This document shows, piece after piece, positions 21,465 through 29,038 of a DNA stretch of 32,000 nt. The DNA lies in NCBI GenBank assembly GCA_024277355.1, contig JAJRVL010000005.1, positions 60,001 through 92,000 on the forward strand, written 5' to 3'. Every line of letters begins with the position of its first letter. Positions within the stretch are counted from its first letter, which is position 1. Position numbers and translations under genes: made by a program. This DNA is from an archaeon. GTDB taxonomy: Archaea > Iainarchaeota > Iainarchaeia > Iainarchaeales > 1-14-0-10-31-34. Below the pieces are notes generated by a model that made no database searches, was not told the origin of the DNA, and saw only the letters and a program-made list of their open reading frames with translations.

Positions 21465-22394
21465 TTATTCAATTTTTAAGTAATTTTTTAATTCCATTTT
21501 TTTATTGAAAACAACATGGTATTTTCTTATTTTAATCATTACTTCTGCTTCATATCCTAACGGAGTTTTTTCAAAATTAAGTATTTGGATTTCTGTTGTT
21601 GCTAAACCATTAGTTAACTCTTTTTTCATTCTTTGTTTTATATCTTTTTCCAAACGTGGAAATAATTCTTCAGGATTTCTTTTTCTCCAGACAACAAATA
21701 TGACTCCTGTTGCAACAAGCAGAATAAATCCTGCTGCAACAAGCAGGAAAGGAAAATCTGCTGGTTTTTCTTTTCTGAATTCTATTCGAATATAATTTGC
21801 ATCAATGTTTTTTGTATCATAAAACAGTATAAACCCGTCTTTAATTGAATATCTTTCAGGATTAATTTCAACAATTTCTCCTCTGACTTTAATCCTTAAA
21901 TTTTCTTTGCTTATTTCAGGAGAAAAATAATCTTTTATTTCCGGTTCAATTATCAAAATAAACTGCTCTTTGTTTACGTCAATTAATGCAAACCCGTCTT
22001 TTATTTTGCTTAATTCTTTTATTATTTCTCTTGAATTGTCAAAACTTAATTTTAGTTTTCCATAATATTCATCTTTTTCCATTGTGCATTGAAATGAATT
22101 TTTTACTTCTTTTAAAAAAATTAATTCTGCTTTTGCAGTGTCTCTTGTGTCTTTGTCTAAGCTGTTAATGTTTGCTTCTAATGATGCTTCAGTTGAAGGA
22201 AAAAGTTTCTTTAATTCTTTTTTGCAGTCTTTAATTTCTTTTCCTTTTTCTGTTAGTTTTCCTTCATAAGTTAATTCAGTTGAAATTATTTCTTCTTTTA
22301 TTTCAATAGTAGTCGTTTTTTCTGCTGACTCAAAATAACTAATGCATCCGCTGAATAAAAGCAGTAAAATTAATACAGGGATTATTTTTTTCAT
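21465..22394 (-). CDS. Hypothetical lipoprotein-like membrane protein: lipobox signal, extracytoplasmic domain, one TM helix, and a cytoplasmic tail of about 70 aa
   Basis: The N-terminus, MKKIIPVLILLLLFSGCISY, has a lipobox-like LFSGC. A TM helix, FPFLLVAAGFILLVATGVIFVVW, is followed by RKRNPEE. I recognise no family. Confidence 0.6.
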   Translation of the reverse strand: MKKIIPVLILLLLFSGCISYFESAEKTTTIEIKEEIISTELTYEGKLTEKGKEIKDCKKELKKLFPSTEASLEANINSLDKDTRDTAKAELIFLKEVKNSFQCTMEKDEYYGKLKLSFDNSREIIKELSKIKDGFALIDVNKEQFILIIEPEIKDYFSPEISKENLRIKVRGEIVEINPERYSIKDGFILFYDTKNIDANYIRIEFRKEKPADFPFLLVAAGFILLVATGVIFVVWRKRNPEELFPRLEKDIKQRMKKELTNGLATTEIQILNFEKTPLGYEAEVMIKIRKYHVVFNKKMELKNYLKIE

Positions 22395-22430
22395 TTAATA
22401 GAATTAGTTCTGTCAAATTAATAAACTTTA

Positions 22431-22607
22431 TTATAAGCGCATAAACGCAATTACGCCAAAACTGATGAAAATATAAGATAAAACCATTCCCTGTGTGCTG
22501 AAAATTAATTCATTAAAAAAAGAAATTTCAAGCAGGTTTAATGCTATTAAAACCATATAAAATAAAATCCAGAAAAAAAGCCCCTGAACCATTGAATTTT
22601 TTATCAT
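22431..22607 (-). CDS. Small membrane protein (58 aa, about 2 TM), paralogue of 22970..23140; not in the ORF track
   Basis: My translation is MIKNSMVQGLFFWILFYMVLIALNLLEISFFNELIFSTQGMVLSYIFISFGVIAFMRL. Its ATG (22605-22607) directly abuts the TAA of the upstream 119-aa gene. It shares MIK..., LNLLEI and a C-terminal F-x-RL with the 56-aa sORF. Confidence 0.5.
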   Translation of the reverse strand: MIKNSMVQGLFFWILFYMVLIALNLLEISFFNELIFSTQGMVLSYIFISFGVIAFMRL

Positions 22608-22967
22608 TTAAAACACGCCCATGCTGTATAAAAATATCATTAAGAAAAAATAAATTGTTAAAACAAAAGGAATTTTTCCCTGTAATTGAGGAATGTTTTC
22701 AGTAAAAGTCAATAAAATTACTTCAATTATATAATACACAAACAAAAATCCGCCAACTAAAATAACTATTCCTGCTGTTTCAAAAAATTCTACTGTGGAA
22801 AAAATCATAATTAATATAATTAAAAAGAACCTTAATGAAAATTTTTTGTTGTAAACAAAAGTAATCATCAATATTGCAAACACCCAGAAAATGTTATTCA
22901 TAGCTAACTCTACAAACCACTGCAAGTCTAAACTTGCTAATTTTGGAATCCATTCAACTGACAGCAT
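22608..22967 (-). CDS. Small polytopic membrane protein (119 aa, about 4 TM), paralogue of 23145..23510
   Basis: It shares an invariant 17-aa block, SLDLQWFVELAMNNIFW, with the 121-aa paralogue, plus ITFVY, LVGG, LTF and IP motifs. By eye the two are roughly 40% identical. Confidence 0.6.
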   Translation of the reverse strand: MLSVEWIPKLASLDLQWFVELAMNNIFWVFAILMITFVYNKKFSLRFFLIILIMIFSTVEFFETAGIVILVGGFLFVYYIIEVILLTFTENIPQLQGKIPFVLTIYFFLMIFLYSMGVF

Positions 22968-22969
22968 AA

Positions 22970-23140
22970 TTACAACCTTGCAAACATTACATTAATTATA
23001 AAAAATAAAACGCCTAACCCCATCATTTCTGCTGAATAAAGTGAATCTGCAAAAATCCTTATTTCTAAAAGATTAAGGATAAACAAGACACTGAAAAAAA
23101 CAAACATTATTTTTATTCCGTCTAATACTGATTTAATCAT
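22970..23140 (-). CDS. Small membrane protein (56 aa, about 2 TM), paralogue of 22431..22607; not in the ORF track
   Basis: My translation is MIKSVLDGIKIMFVFFSVLFILNLLEIRIFADSLYSAEMMGLGVLFFIINVMFARL. Its ATG at 23138-23140 is 4 nt after the TAA of the 121-aa gene. Its TAA at 22970-22972 is 2 nt before the ATG of the 119-aa gene. Confidence 0.5.
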   Translation of the reverse strand: MIKSVLDGIKIMFVFFSVLFILNLLEIRIFADSLYSAEMMGLGVLFFIINVMFARL

Positions 23141-23144
23141 TTTT

Positions 23145-23510
23145 TTACACCAAAAACAAATTATATAAAATTAATATTGTAAAAAACTGAATCAGCATGA
23201 CTATTGGAAGCCTGTTTTTAAGTGAAGGGATTGCTTCAGCAAAAGTCAACACAATAAGTCTTGCTGTATAATTAATGAAAAGCAGTCCTCCAACAAGATA
23301 AACTAATCCAAGATTTCCAATAAAAGGAATACTAATCCAAAACCAAAAAATAACTACAAAAAAAGTTTTCCAGTTCCATTTTAATTCGTGATAAACAAAA
23401 GTAATCAAAATAAACAAAAATAACCAGAAAATATTGTTCATAGCTAACTCTACAAACCACTGTAAATCCAGTGAAAGCAGTCTGACAAAAAATTCAATTG
23501 CTAAAGACAT
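23145..23510 (-). CDS. Small polytopic membrane protein (121 aa, about 4 TM), first gene of the duplicated cassette
   Basis: The ORF starts with ATG and begins MSLAIEFFVRLLSLDLQWFVELAMNNIFWLFLFILITFVY.... It is hydrophobic throughout. A TATA-like TTTATACATAAATA lies in the 85-nt gap to uppP. Confidence 0.6.
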   Translation of the reverse strand: MSLAIEFFVRLLSLDLQWFVELAMNNIFWLFLFILITFVYHELKWNWKTFFVVIFWFWISIPFIGNLGLVYLVGGLLFINYTARLIVLTFAEAIPSLKNRLPIVMLIQFFTILILYNLFLV

Positions 23511-23595
23511 TTAACTAACCCAAAACCCTCTATTTATGTATAAATTGGGCAAAGAAAAGCTTAAATACTCTTTTTTTAACTGGACTAAGTGAATT

Positions 23596-24345
23596 TCAAA
23601 TAAATGCGATTATCAAATAAAATATTCCTAATCCAAAACAAAAATAACTAAAATTAATTTTTTTTGCTATTTCAAGCAGATATTTTATGCTTAAATAACC
23701 ACTTACAAAAGCCACTAATACAGCAATCAATAAATTCCATTCAAATGCAATTCCCTCTTTTAAGCCAAACAACACTTCAGCTAAAAAAACTGAAGGAACT
23801 GAAAGCAAAAAACTTAACTTAAATGCTTTTTGCGGAGTAAAACCTTTAAATAACAAAACTGAAGTTGTTATTCCGCTTCTGCTTATTCCTGGAAGAACAG
23901 AAAACCCTTGTCCCAATCCAAGCAAAAATGCATTTTGTTTGGTTTCTTCTGTTTTTTTTTCTTTTTTGTTTTTCCATTGCAGTATTCCTGTTCCAATTAA
24001 CATTAATCCAATTAAAACTGAAAGATAAAATGAACTAACTGAAATTTCTTTCAAAAACAAATACATTGGAATTCCGGTTATTGCAGTTGATAATACTGCA
24101 ATTAAAATAAACTGCATTAAATTCCTGTTTTTTAATTCAATTATTTCTCTGAAATCTTTTCTGAAATAAATTAAAGCAGAAAGCATTGTTCCTGCATGAA
24201 GTAAAACTGAATAACTAAAAGCTGTTTCTGAGTCAATTCCAAAAACTTTTATTGCAGTAATTATTGTTTGTCCCTGCGAACTGATTGGAAGCCATTCAGT
24301 TATTCCCTGCATTAAACCTAAAACTATTGCCTGAATTAAATCCAT
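23596..24345 (-). CDS. uppP: Undecaprenyl-diphosphate phosphatase (UppP/BacA family)
   Basis: The 249-aa polytopic protein has the N-terminal GLMQGITEWLPISSQGQ motif (compare E-(F/W)-LPISSSGH). It also has the second conserved motif, PGISRSGITTS. Confidence 0.85.
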   Translation of the reverse strand: MDLIQAIVLGLMQGITEWLPISSQGQTIITAIKVFGIDSETAFSYSVLLHAGTMLSALIYFRKDFREIIELKNRNLMQFILIAVLSTAITGIPMYLFLKEISVSSFYLSVLIGLMLIGTGILQWKNKKEKKTEETKQNAFLLGLGQGFSVLPGISRSGITTSVLLFKGFTPQKAFKLSFLLSVPSVFLAEVLFGLKEGIAFEWNLLIAVLVAFVSGYLSIKYLLEIAKKINFSYFCFGLGIFYLIIAFI

Positions 24346-24350
24346 TTACT

Positions 24351-24614
24351 TCACTGCTTTTTGTACCATTTTTCATATTGCTTATGATTTCCTGCAAACA
24401 TTATTATTCTTGTTTTTTCTTTTTCTTCAAAGCATATTCTGTATTGCCCTGATTCTAAAACAAAAAAAGGTAAACCATGTTTTAAGTGCCTTGCTTTTTC
24501 AATTGTCTTTAACTGTATTATTTTTTTCCATAGTCTTTCTTTTTCCTGTTTGTCAATTTTTCTAAAAAACTTATCCCATTCTTCAGCAAAACTTATTTCA
24601 AACAAGAAAATCAA
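24351..24614 (-). CDS. Type II toxin, RelE/ParE superfamily
   Basis: The 87-aa ORF fits the toxin pattern: ...FRKIDKQEKERLWKKI..LK.......LKHGLPFFVLESGQYRICFEEKEKTRIIMFAGNHKQYEKWY. That is a small basic protein with the G-x-YRI-x-(F/Y)...I...I.....H...Y layout. It has a TTG start overlapping the antitoxin TGA (TTGA). Confidence 0.65.
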   Translation of the reverse strand: MIFLFEISFAEEWDKFFRKIDKQEKERLWKKIIQLKTIEKARHLKHGLPFFVLESGQYRICFEEKEKTRIIMFAGNHKQYEKWYKKQ

Positions 24615-24874
24615 AACCCGTATTTTTTCTTTATTTGTTTTTCAGTTAAAACTTTTCTTTTTCCTTTTTTTATTTCTTCACTGATTTTCTTCATTTTTCT
24701 TAAAGCTAATTGGTCTTCAATTTCTTTAACATTTTTGAAAACACCATAATCTTTTCCTAATTCAAGTATTCCTGCTCTTATTACTTCGCTTTTGGTTTTG
24801 AATATTCCTGTTTCAACTAATTTATCAAGAATTATTTCTTGTGCGCCTTCAAACCTAACTAAAGTTTCTCCCAT
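24611..24874 (-). CDS. Ribbon-helix-helix (CopG-like) antitoxin
   Basis: MGETLVRFEGAQEIILDKLVETGIFKTKSEVIRAGILELGK has the RHH layout: a beta strand, helix A, then the (S/T)-K-SE-x-IR helix B. The ATG at 24872-24874 is preceded by AGGTGA, 4 nt upstream. It overlaps the toxin by 4 nt. Confidence 0.65.
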   Translation of the reverse strand: MGETLVRFEGAQEIILDKLVETGIFKTKSEVIRAGILELGKDYGVFKNVKEIEDQLALRKMKKISEEIKKGKRKVLTEKQIKKKYGF

Positions 24875-24913
24875 AAAATCACCTATCAATTTGTTATCAA
24901 AAAGATATATAAA

Positions 24914-26341
24914 TTAATTGCTTTGTTTTAATTCTTTTGGAATCCATAAATCTGTTTTGTAAATTATTATTGTTATTACTGCACCAATTACGGCAGAAAA
25001 AAGTAATGAATACCATATTCCTTTTAGTCCATAAATTTCTTTTAAGAAAAAAGATAAAATAACAATTAAAATCCAGTATCCTGCTGTCATTAACATTGAA
25101 AGAAAAGTATTTCCTGCTCCTTGAAAACCTGAAGAAATAGTCATTAAAATTCATCTGAAAGGATAAGAAAAAGCAGCAATTGACAAATATACTAATCCAA
25201 TTGAAATCACTTCTTTATCTGCAGAAAATAATTTAAAAAACGGTTCAGGAAACAAAACAAATATTACTGCAACAATTCCCATTAAAAAAGCTGAAATTGC
25301 AGTGGAATAAAAAATTGTTTTTTTTGCTCTTTCAAGTTTTTTTGCGCCAATATTCTGTCCAACCATTGCAATTGTAGCACTAATTAATCCAATTACCGGC
25401 AGAATTGCAATTGAATCCAATCTTGTTCCAATTCCATAAGCTGCAATTGATAATACTCCAAAAACTCCTACAAAACTCATTATAACAGTTAAACCCAAAG
25501 AAATAGTTAAATGCCCAATAGAAGCAGGAGCCCCCAAAAAAATTATTTTTTTCATTATTCTTAAATCAAAAGAGAAATCTTTTGGATTAATTTTAATTAA
25601 ACCTCTTCCTTTTAAAATATAAAAAATATTTAGTCCTGCACCAACACTTCTGGATAAAACAGTTGCTAATGCAGCCCCAAAAATCCCTAAAGCAGGAAAA
25701 CCAAACAATCCAAAAATCAGTATTGGATCTAAAATAATATTTAACATAACACTTATTGCCATATTAATCATTGGGGTTTTTGAATCTCCTTCAGCCTGCA
25801 TTATTCCTTGTGAAATAAATCCAATAAACAAAAAAATAAATCCAATAAAAATTGTGTTAGAATAAAGCAAAGTTAATTCAAGTATTTCAGGAGTTGCCCC
25901 CATAAAAACAAAAATTGGTTTTCCAAAAATAATTCCTAAAACAGCAATAATTATTCCAATAACTCCAGACAGCATTAAAGAATGCTCTGCAATATTATTA
26001 GCTTTAGAATAATTTTTTGCCCCAACTGCCTGCGCAACTAAAGTAGTTGAACCAACACTTAAACCTGAAGCAAAAGCAATGAAAATAAATACAACAGGAA
26101 AAGTTATTGCAACAGCAGCTAAAGCTTCAGTTCCAAGCATCCCGATAAAAATTGTGTCAATTACATTAAAGGCTGTCTGCAAAAGCATGCCAAGCATTAT
26201 TGGCAAAGCTAAAAAAATTAATGTTTTAAAAATGCTTCCTTCAGTTAAATTATTTTTTTTCTTAATAAAAATCAACTCTAAAATAAAAAGTGAAAATATT
26301 ATGTATAATTTAGGCTTGCCTAAGTACTTGCTGAAGAACAA
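24914..26341 (-). pseudogene. MATE-family efflux transporter interrupted by a single in-frame TGA (25151-25153), with no ATG start
   Basis: The 396-aa ORF (ALPIMLGMLLQTAFNVIDTIFIGMLGTEALAAV...) and the 76-aa ORF (MTISSGFQGAGNTFLSMLM...) are in the same frame. They are separated only by TGA-ATT-TTA. Together they would make a protein of about 453-475 aa, a normal MATE length. The only upstream start candidates are TTG at 26341 or 26275. Confidence 0.6.
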
Positions 26342-26382
26342 ATGCTACAATTCATTTTTATTTCTTTTCTTCTTTTCCTTTA

Positions 26383-28107
26383 ATGATTTTAATGAAAGAT
26401 TTTGTTAACTGGAAAATCGGCGGAGAAGCAGGATATGGAATTCTTTCTGTTGGCGTAATGTTTGGCAAGTTCTGTACAAGAAACGGATTATTTGCTTTTA
26501 ATTCAAGTGAATTTCCTTCTTTAGTTAGAGGCGGGCATAACACAGTCCAGTTAATTGTAAAAAAAACTCCTGCTCTTTCTCAGTATTTTGAAGTTAATCT
26601 TTTAGTTGCATTAAATGCTGAAACAATTGAAAAGCATTTAAATGAATTAAGCTCTGATGCAGCAATAATTTTTGACGGAAAAGAAATTGACATAAAAAAA
26701 TATAAGACAAAAAAATCTCATGTATTAATTGATATTCCTTTAACTGAAATTGCAGTAAGGCATGGAAAAAAAATTATGAGGAATACGGTTTCTTTAGGGG
26801 CGTCAATTGCATTGCTTGGATTGGAATTTGATAAACTAGAACAATTAATCAAAGAAGCTTTTGCAGGAAAAAAAGATGCATTAATTCCAATTAATATTGC
26901 TGCAGCAAAAGAAGGATTTAATTTTATTAAAAACAGGAATATTAAATTTAATTATCAATTAAAAGAACAAAAACAAAAAAACCATATTTTCATTAATGCA
27001 AATGATGCTTTTTCTTTAGGTGCAGTTAAATCAGGATTAAAGTTTGTTGCAGAATATCCTATGACTCCTTCTTCTTCAATTCTTTCTTTTATGGCTGCGC
27101 ATGAATTGCAGTATGATATTGTTGTAAAACAGACTGAAGATGAAATTGCGGCAATGAATATGATTATTGGAGGAGGTTTTGCTGGAGCAAGAAGTTTAAC
27201 TGCAACTTCTGGCGGAGGATTTTCTTTAATGGTTGAAGCTTTAGGTTTAGCCGGAATGACTGAAACTCCTGCTGTTGTAGTTGAATCTCAAAGACCCGGT
27301 CCTTCAACAGGACTTCCAACAATGACTGAACAAGGAGACTTAATGTTTGCATTAAATGCTTCTCAAGGCGAATTTCCTAGAATGATTATTGCTCCAGGAG
27401 ATGTAACTGAAGCATTTGAAGCAGGATTAAATTCATTTAATTTTGCAGAAAAATATCAATTATTAGTATTAGTTTTACTGGATAAATATATTTCTGAAGG
27501 AAATACAACTGTAAAAGAATTTGATTACAGTAAATTCAAGATTAACAGAGGAAAACTTTTAACTAAAGCCCCAAAAAATTACTTAAGATATGCTTTTACT
27601 TCAGATGGAATTTCTCCAAGAGTTTTACCCGGAACTTTAGGAACAGTTTACAAAGCAAACGGAGATGAACACAATGAAAAAGGAGTTTCAGATGAAAGCG
27701 AAGAAAACAGAATTAAAATGATGAATAAAAGAATGAAAAAATTAGATGTATTAAAAAAAGAACTGCCTGAACCAAAATTATACGGAGACAAAAACGCAAA
27801 AATTTCTTTGATTGCATGGGGTTCAACTAAAGGAATAATTCTTGAAGCAATAAATGAACTGCAAAAACAAAAAATAAAAGTTAATTTTTTGCATTATAAT
27901 TATGTTTTTCCATTAAAAGAAAAAAAATTACTTGAATTAATAAAGAAATCAAAAAAAGTTTTATTAGTTGAAAATAATATGACTTCCCAGTTTGGAAAAT
28001 TAATTGCACAAGAAACAGGAATTTTATTTAAAAACAAATTATTGAAATATACAGGAAGACAGTTTTATCCGCATGAAATTGTTAATGCAGTGAGGAAATT
28101 AAAATGA
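26383..28107 (+). CDS. 2-oxoacid:ferredoxin oxidoreductase, fused gamma-alpha subunit
   Basis: The N-terminal gamma-like domain is WKIGGEAGYGILSVGVMFGKF...SLVRGGHNT. The alpha domain follows: AEYPMTPSSSIL...QTEDEIAAMNMIIGGGFAGARSLTATSGGGFSLM.E.LGLAGMTETP.VVV..QRPGPSTGLPT. It overlaps the beta subunit by 4 nt. Confidence 0.85.
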   Translation: MILMKDFVNWKIGGEAGYGILSVGVMFGKFCTRNGLFAFNSSEFPSLVRGGHNTVQLIVKKTPALSQYFEVNLLVALNAETIEKHLNELSSDAAIIFDGKEIDIKKYKTKKSHVLIDIPLTEIAVRHGKKIMRNTVSLGASIALLGLEFDKLEQLIKEAFAGKKDALIPINIAAAKEGFNFIKNRNIKFNYQLKEQKQKNHIFINANDAFSLGAVKSGLKFVAEYPMTPSSSILSFMAAHELQYDIVVKQTEDEIAAMNMIIGGGFAGARSLTATSGGGFSLMVEALGLAGMTETPAVVVESQRPGPSTGLPTMTEQGDLMFALNASQGEFPRMIIAPGDVTEAFEAGLNSFNFAEKYQLLVLVLLDKYISEGNTTVKEFDYSKFKINRGKLLTKAPKNYLRYAFTSDGISPRVLPGTLGTVYKANGDEHNEKGVSDESEENRIKMMNKRMKKLDVLKKELPEPKLYGDKNAKISLIAWGSTKGIILEAINELQKQKIKVNFLHYNYVFPLKEKKLLELIKKSKKVLLVENNMTSQFGKLIAQETGILFKNKLLKYTGRQFYPHEIVNAVRKLK

Positions 28108-28961
28108 CTGAATTAAAAGACTTAAATACAAAAGAAATTCCAACCTGGTGTCCTGGTTGCGGAGACTTTATGATTTTAGCTTCAATTAAAAAAGCTGTTG
28201 CAGACATGAACTTAAATCCAAGTGAAGTAGTAGTAGTTTCAGGAATTGGCTGTTCAGCAGGACTGCCGCACTGGATTGAAACTTATGGTTTTCATTCAAT
28301 TCACGGAAGAGCTATTCCTGTTGCAACAGGAATAAAATTAGCTAACCATGGATTAACTGTTATTGTTGTTTCAGGAGACGGAGACGGATATGGGATTGGA
28401 TTAAATCATTTAATTCATGCAATGAGAAGAAATTTAGATATTACTTTTATTGGGCATAATAATCAAATTTACGGCTTAACTTTAGGGCAGACTTCTCCTA
28501 CTTCAACTCAAGGAGCAAAAACTGTTTCAACTCCTCATGGTTCAATTGAAACTCCAATTAATCCTTTATCTCTTGGATTAGCTTCTGGTGCAACTTTTGT
28601 TGCAAGAGGTTATGCAGGCAACACAACTCAATTAACTGATTTAATTGTTAAAGGAACTAAACACAGAGGTTTTGCTTTAATTGACGTATTTCAGCCTTGT
28701 GTTACATGGAATAAAATTAATACTTTTGATTTTTTCAAGCAAAGAGTTTATGATTTAAATTCAGAAAAATTTAATACTTCTGATTTAAATGCAGCTTTTT
28801 CGAGATGCCAGGAATTAGGTGAAAGAATTCCAACAGGATTATTTTATCAGACAGAAACAGACACTTATTCTGATGACTTACCTCAACTAAAAGAAAAACC
28901 TTTAGTAAAACAAAACATAACTAATGTTGATATTAAATCTGTACTGAACAAATACAAATAA
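28104..28961 (+). CDS. 2-oxoacid:ferredoxin oxidoreductase, beta (TPP/[4Fe-4S]) subunit
   Basis: WCPGCGDF, GIGCS and a later QPC supply four Cys residues for one cluster. The GDGDGYGIG...N.IYGLT TPP-binding motif is present. No delta (2x[4Fe-4S] ferredoxin-like) subunit is nearby, consistent with the two-subunit OFOR type. Confidence 0.9.
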   Translation: MTELKDLNTKEIPTWCPGCGDFMILASIKKAVADMNLNPSEVVVVSGIGCSAGLPHWIETYGFHSIHGRAIPVATGIKLANHGLTVIVVSGDGDGYGIGLNHLIHAMRRNLDITFIGHNNQIYGLTLGQTSPTSTQGAKTVSTPHGSIETPINPLSLGLASGATFVARGYAGNTTQLTDLIVKGTKHRGFALIDVFQPCVTWNKINTFDFFKQRVYDLNSEKFNTSDLNAAFSRCQELGERIPTGLFYQTETDTYSDDLPQLKEKPLVKQNITNVDIKSVLNKYK

Positions 28962-28983
28962 AACCTTTTTAGAAAAAAGGTTT
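28961..28983. terminator. Perfect 10-bp stem / 3-nt loop hairpin between convergent genes, a candidate bidirectional terminator
   Basis: The hairpin AAACCTTTTT-aga-AAAAAGGTTT starts at the last base of the beta-subunit TAA. A second short hairpin, AGGGA-taaa-TCCCT, lies at about 28995-29008. Confidence 0.4.
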
Positions 28984-29038
28984 ATCAAAAAGCAAGGGAT
29001 AAATCCCTCTTAAACTTTTTTAGGAGAAATCCAAACAA

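Noticed and set aside
25151-25153. TGA as a genome-wide sense codon (code reassignment) or selenocysteine
   Set aside because: rpl3 (356-358), rpoA1 (13956-13958), the toxin (24351-24353) and the antitoxin (24611-24613) all end on TGA at the expected protein C-termini, with the next gene starting within a few nt. I saw no obvious SECIS-like structure, and a MATE transporter has no reason to contain Sec. Local read-through remains possible and is listed as a finding.
24897-25154. 85-aa ORF (MNFNDYFFRFSRSRKYF...) overlapping the MATE C-terminus
   Set aside because: It is in a different frame from the MATE sequence. The in-frame 76-aa ORF carries the recognisable MATE C-terminal sequence (SSGFQGAGNT...), whereas this one is low-complexity.
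26358-26543. 61-aa minus-strand ORF overlapping the start of the OFOR alpha gene
   Set aside because: It is antisense to a well-supported conserved gene and has no motif or translation signals.
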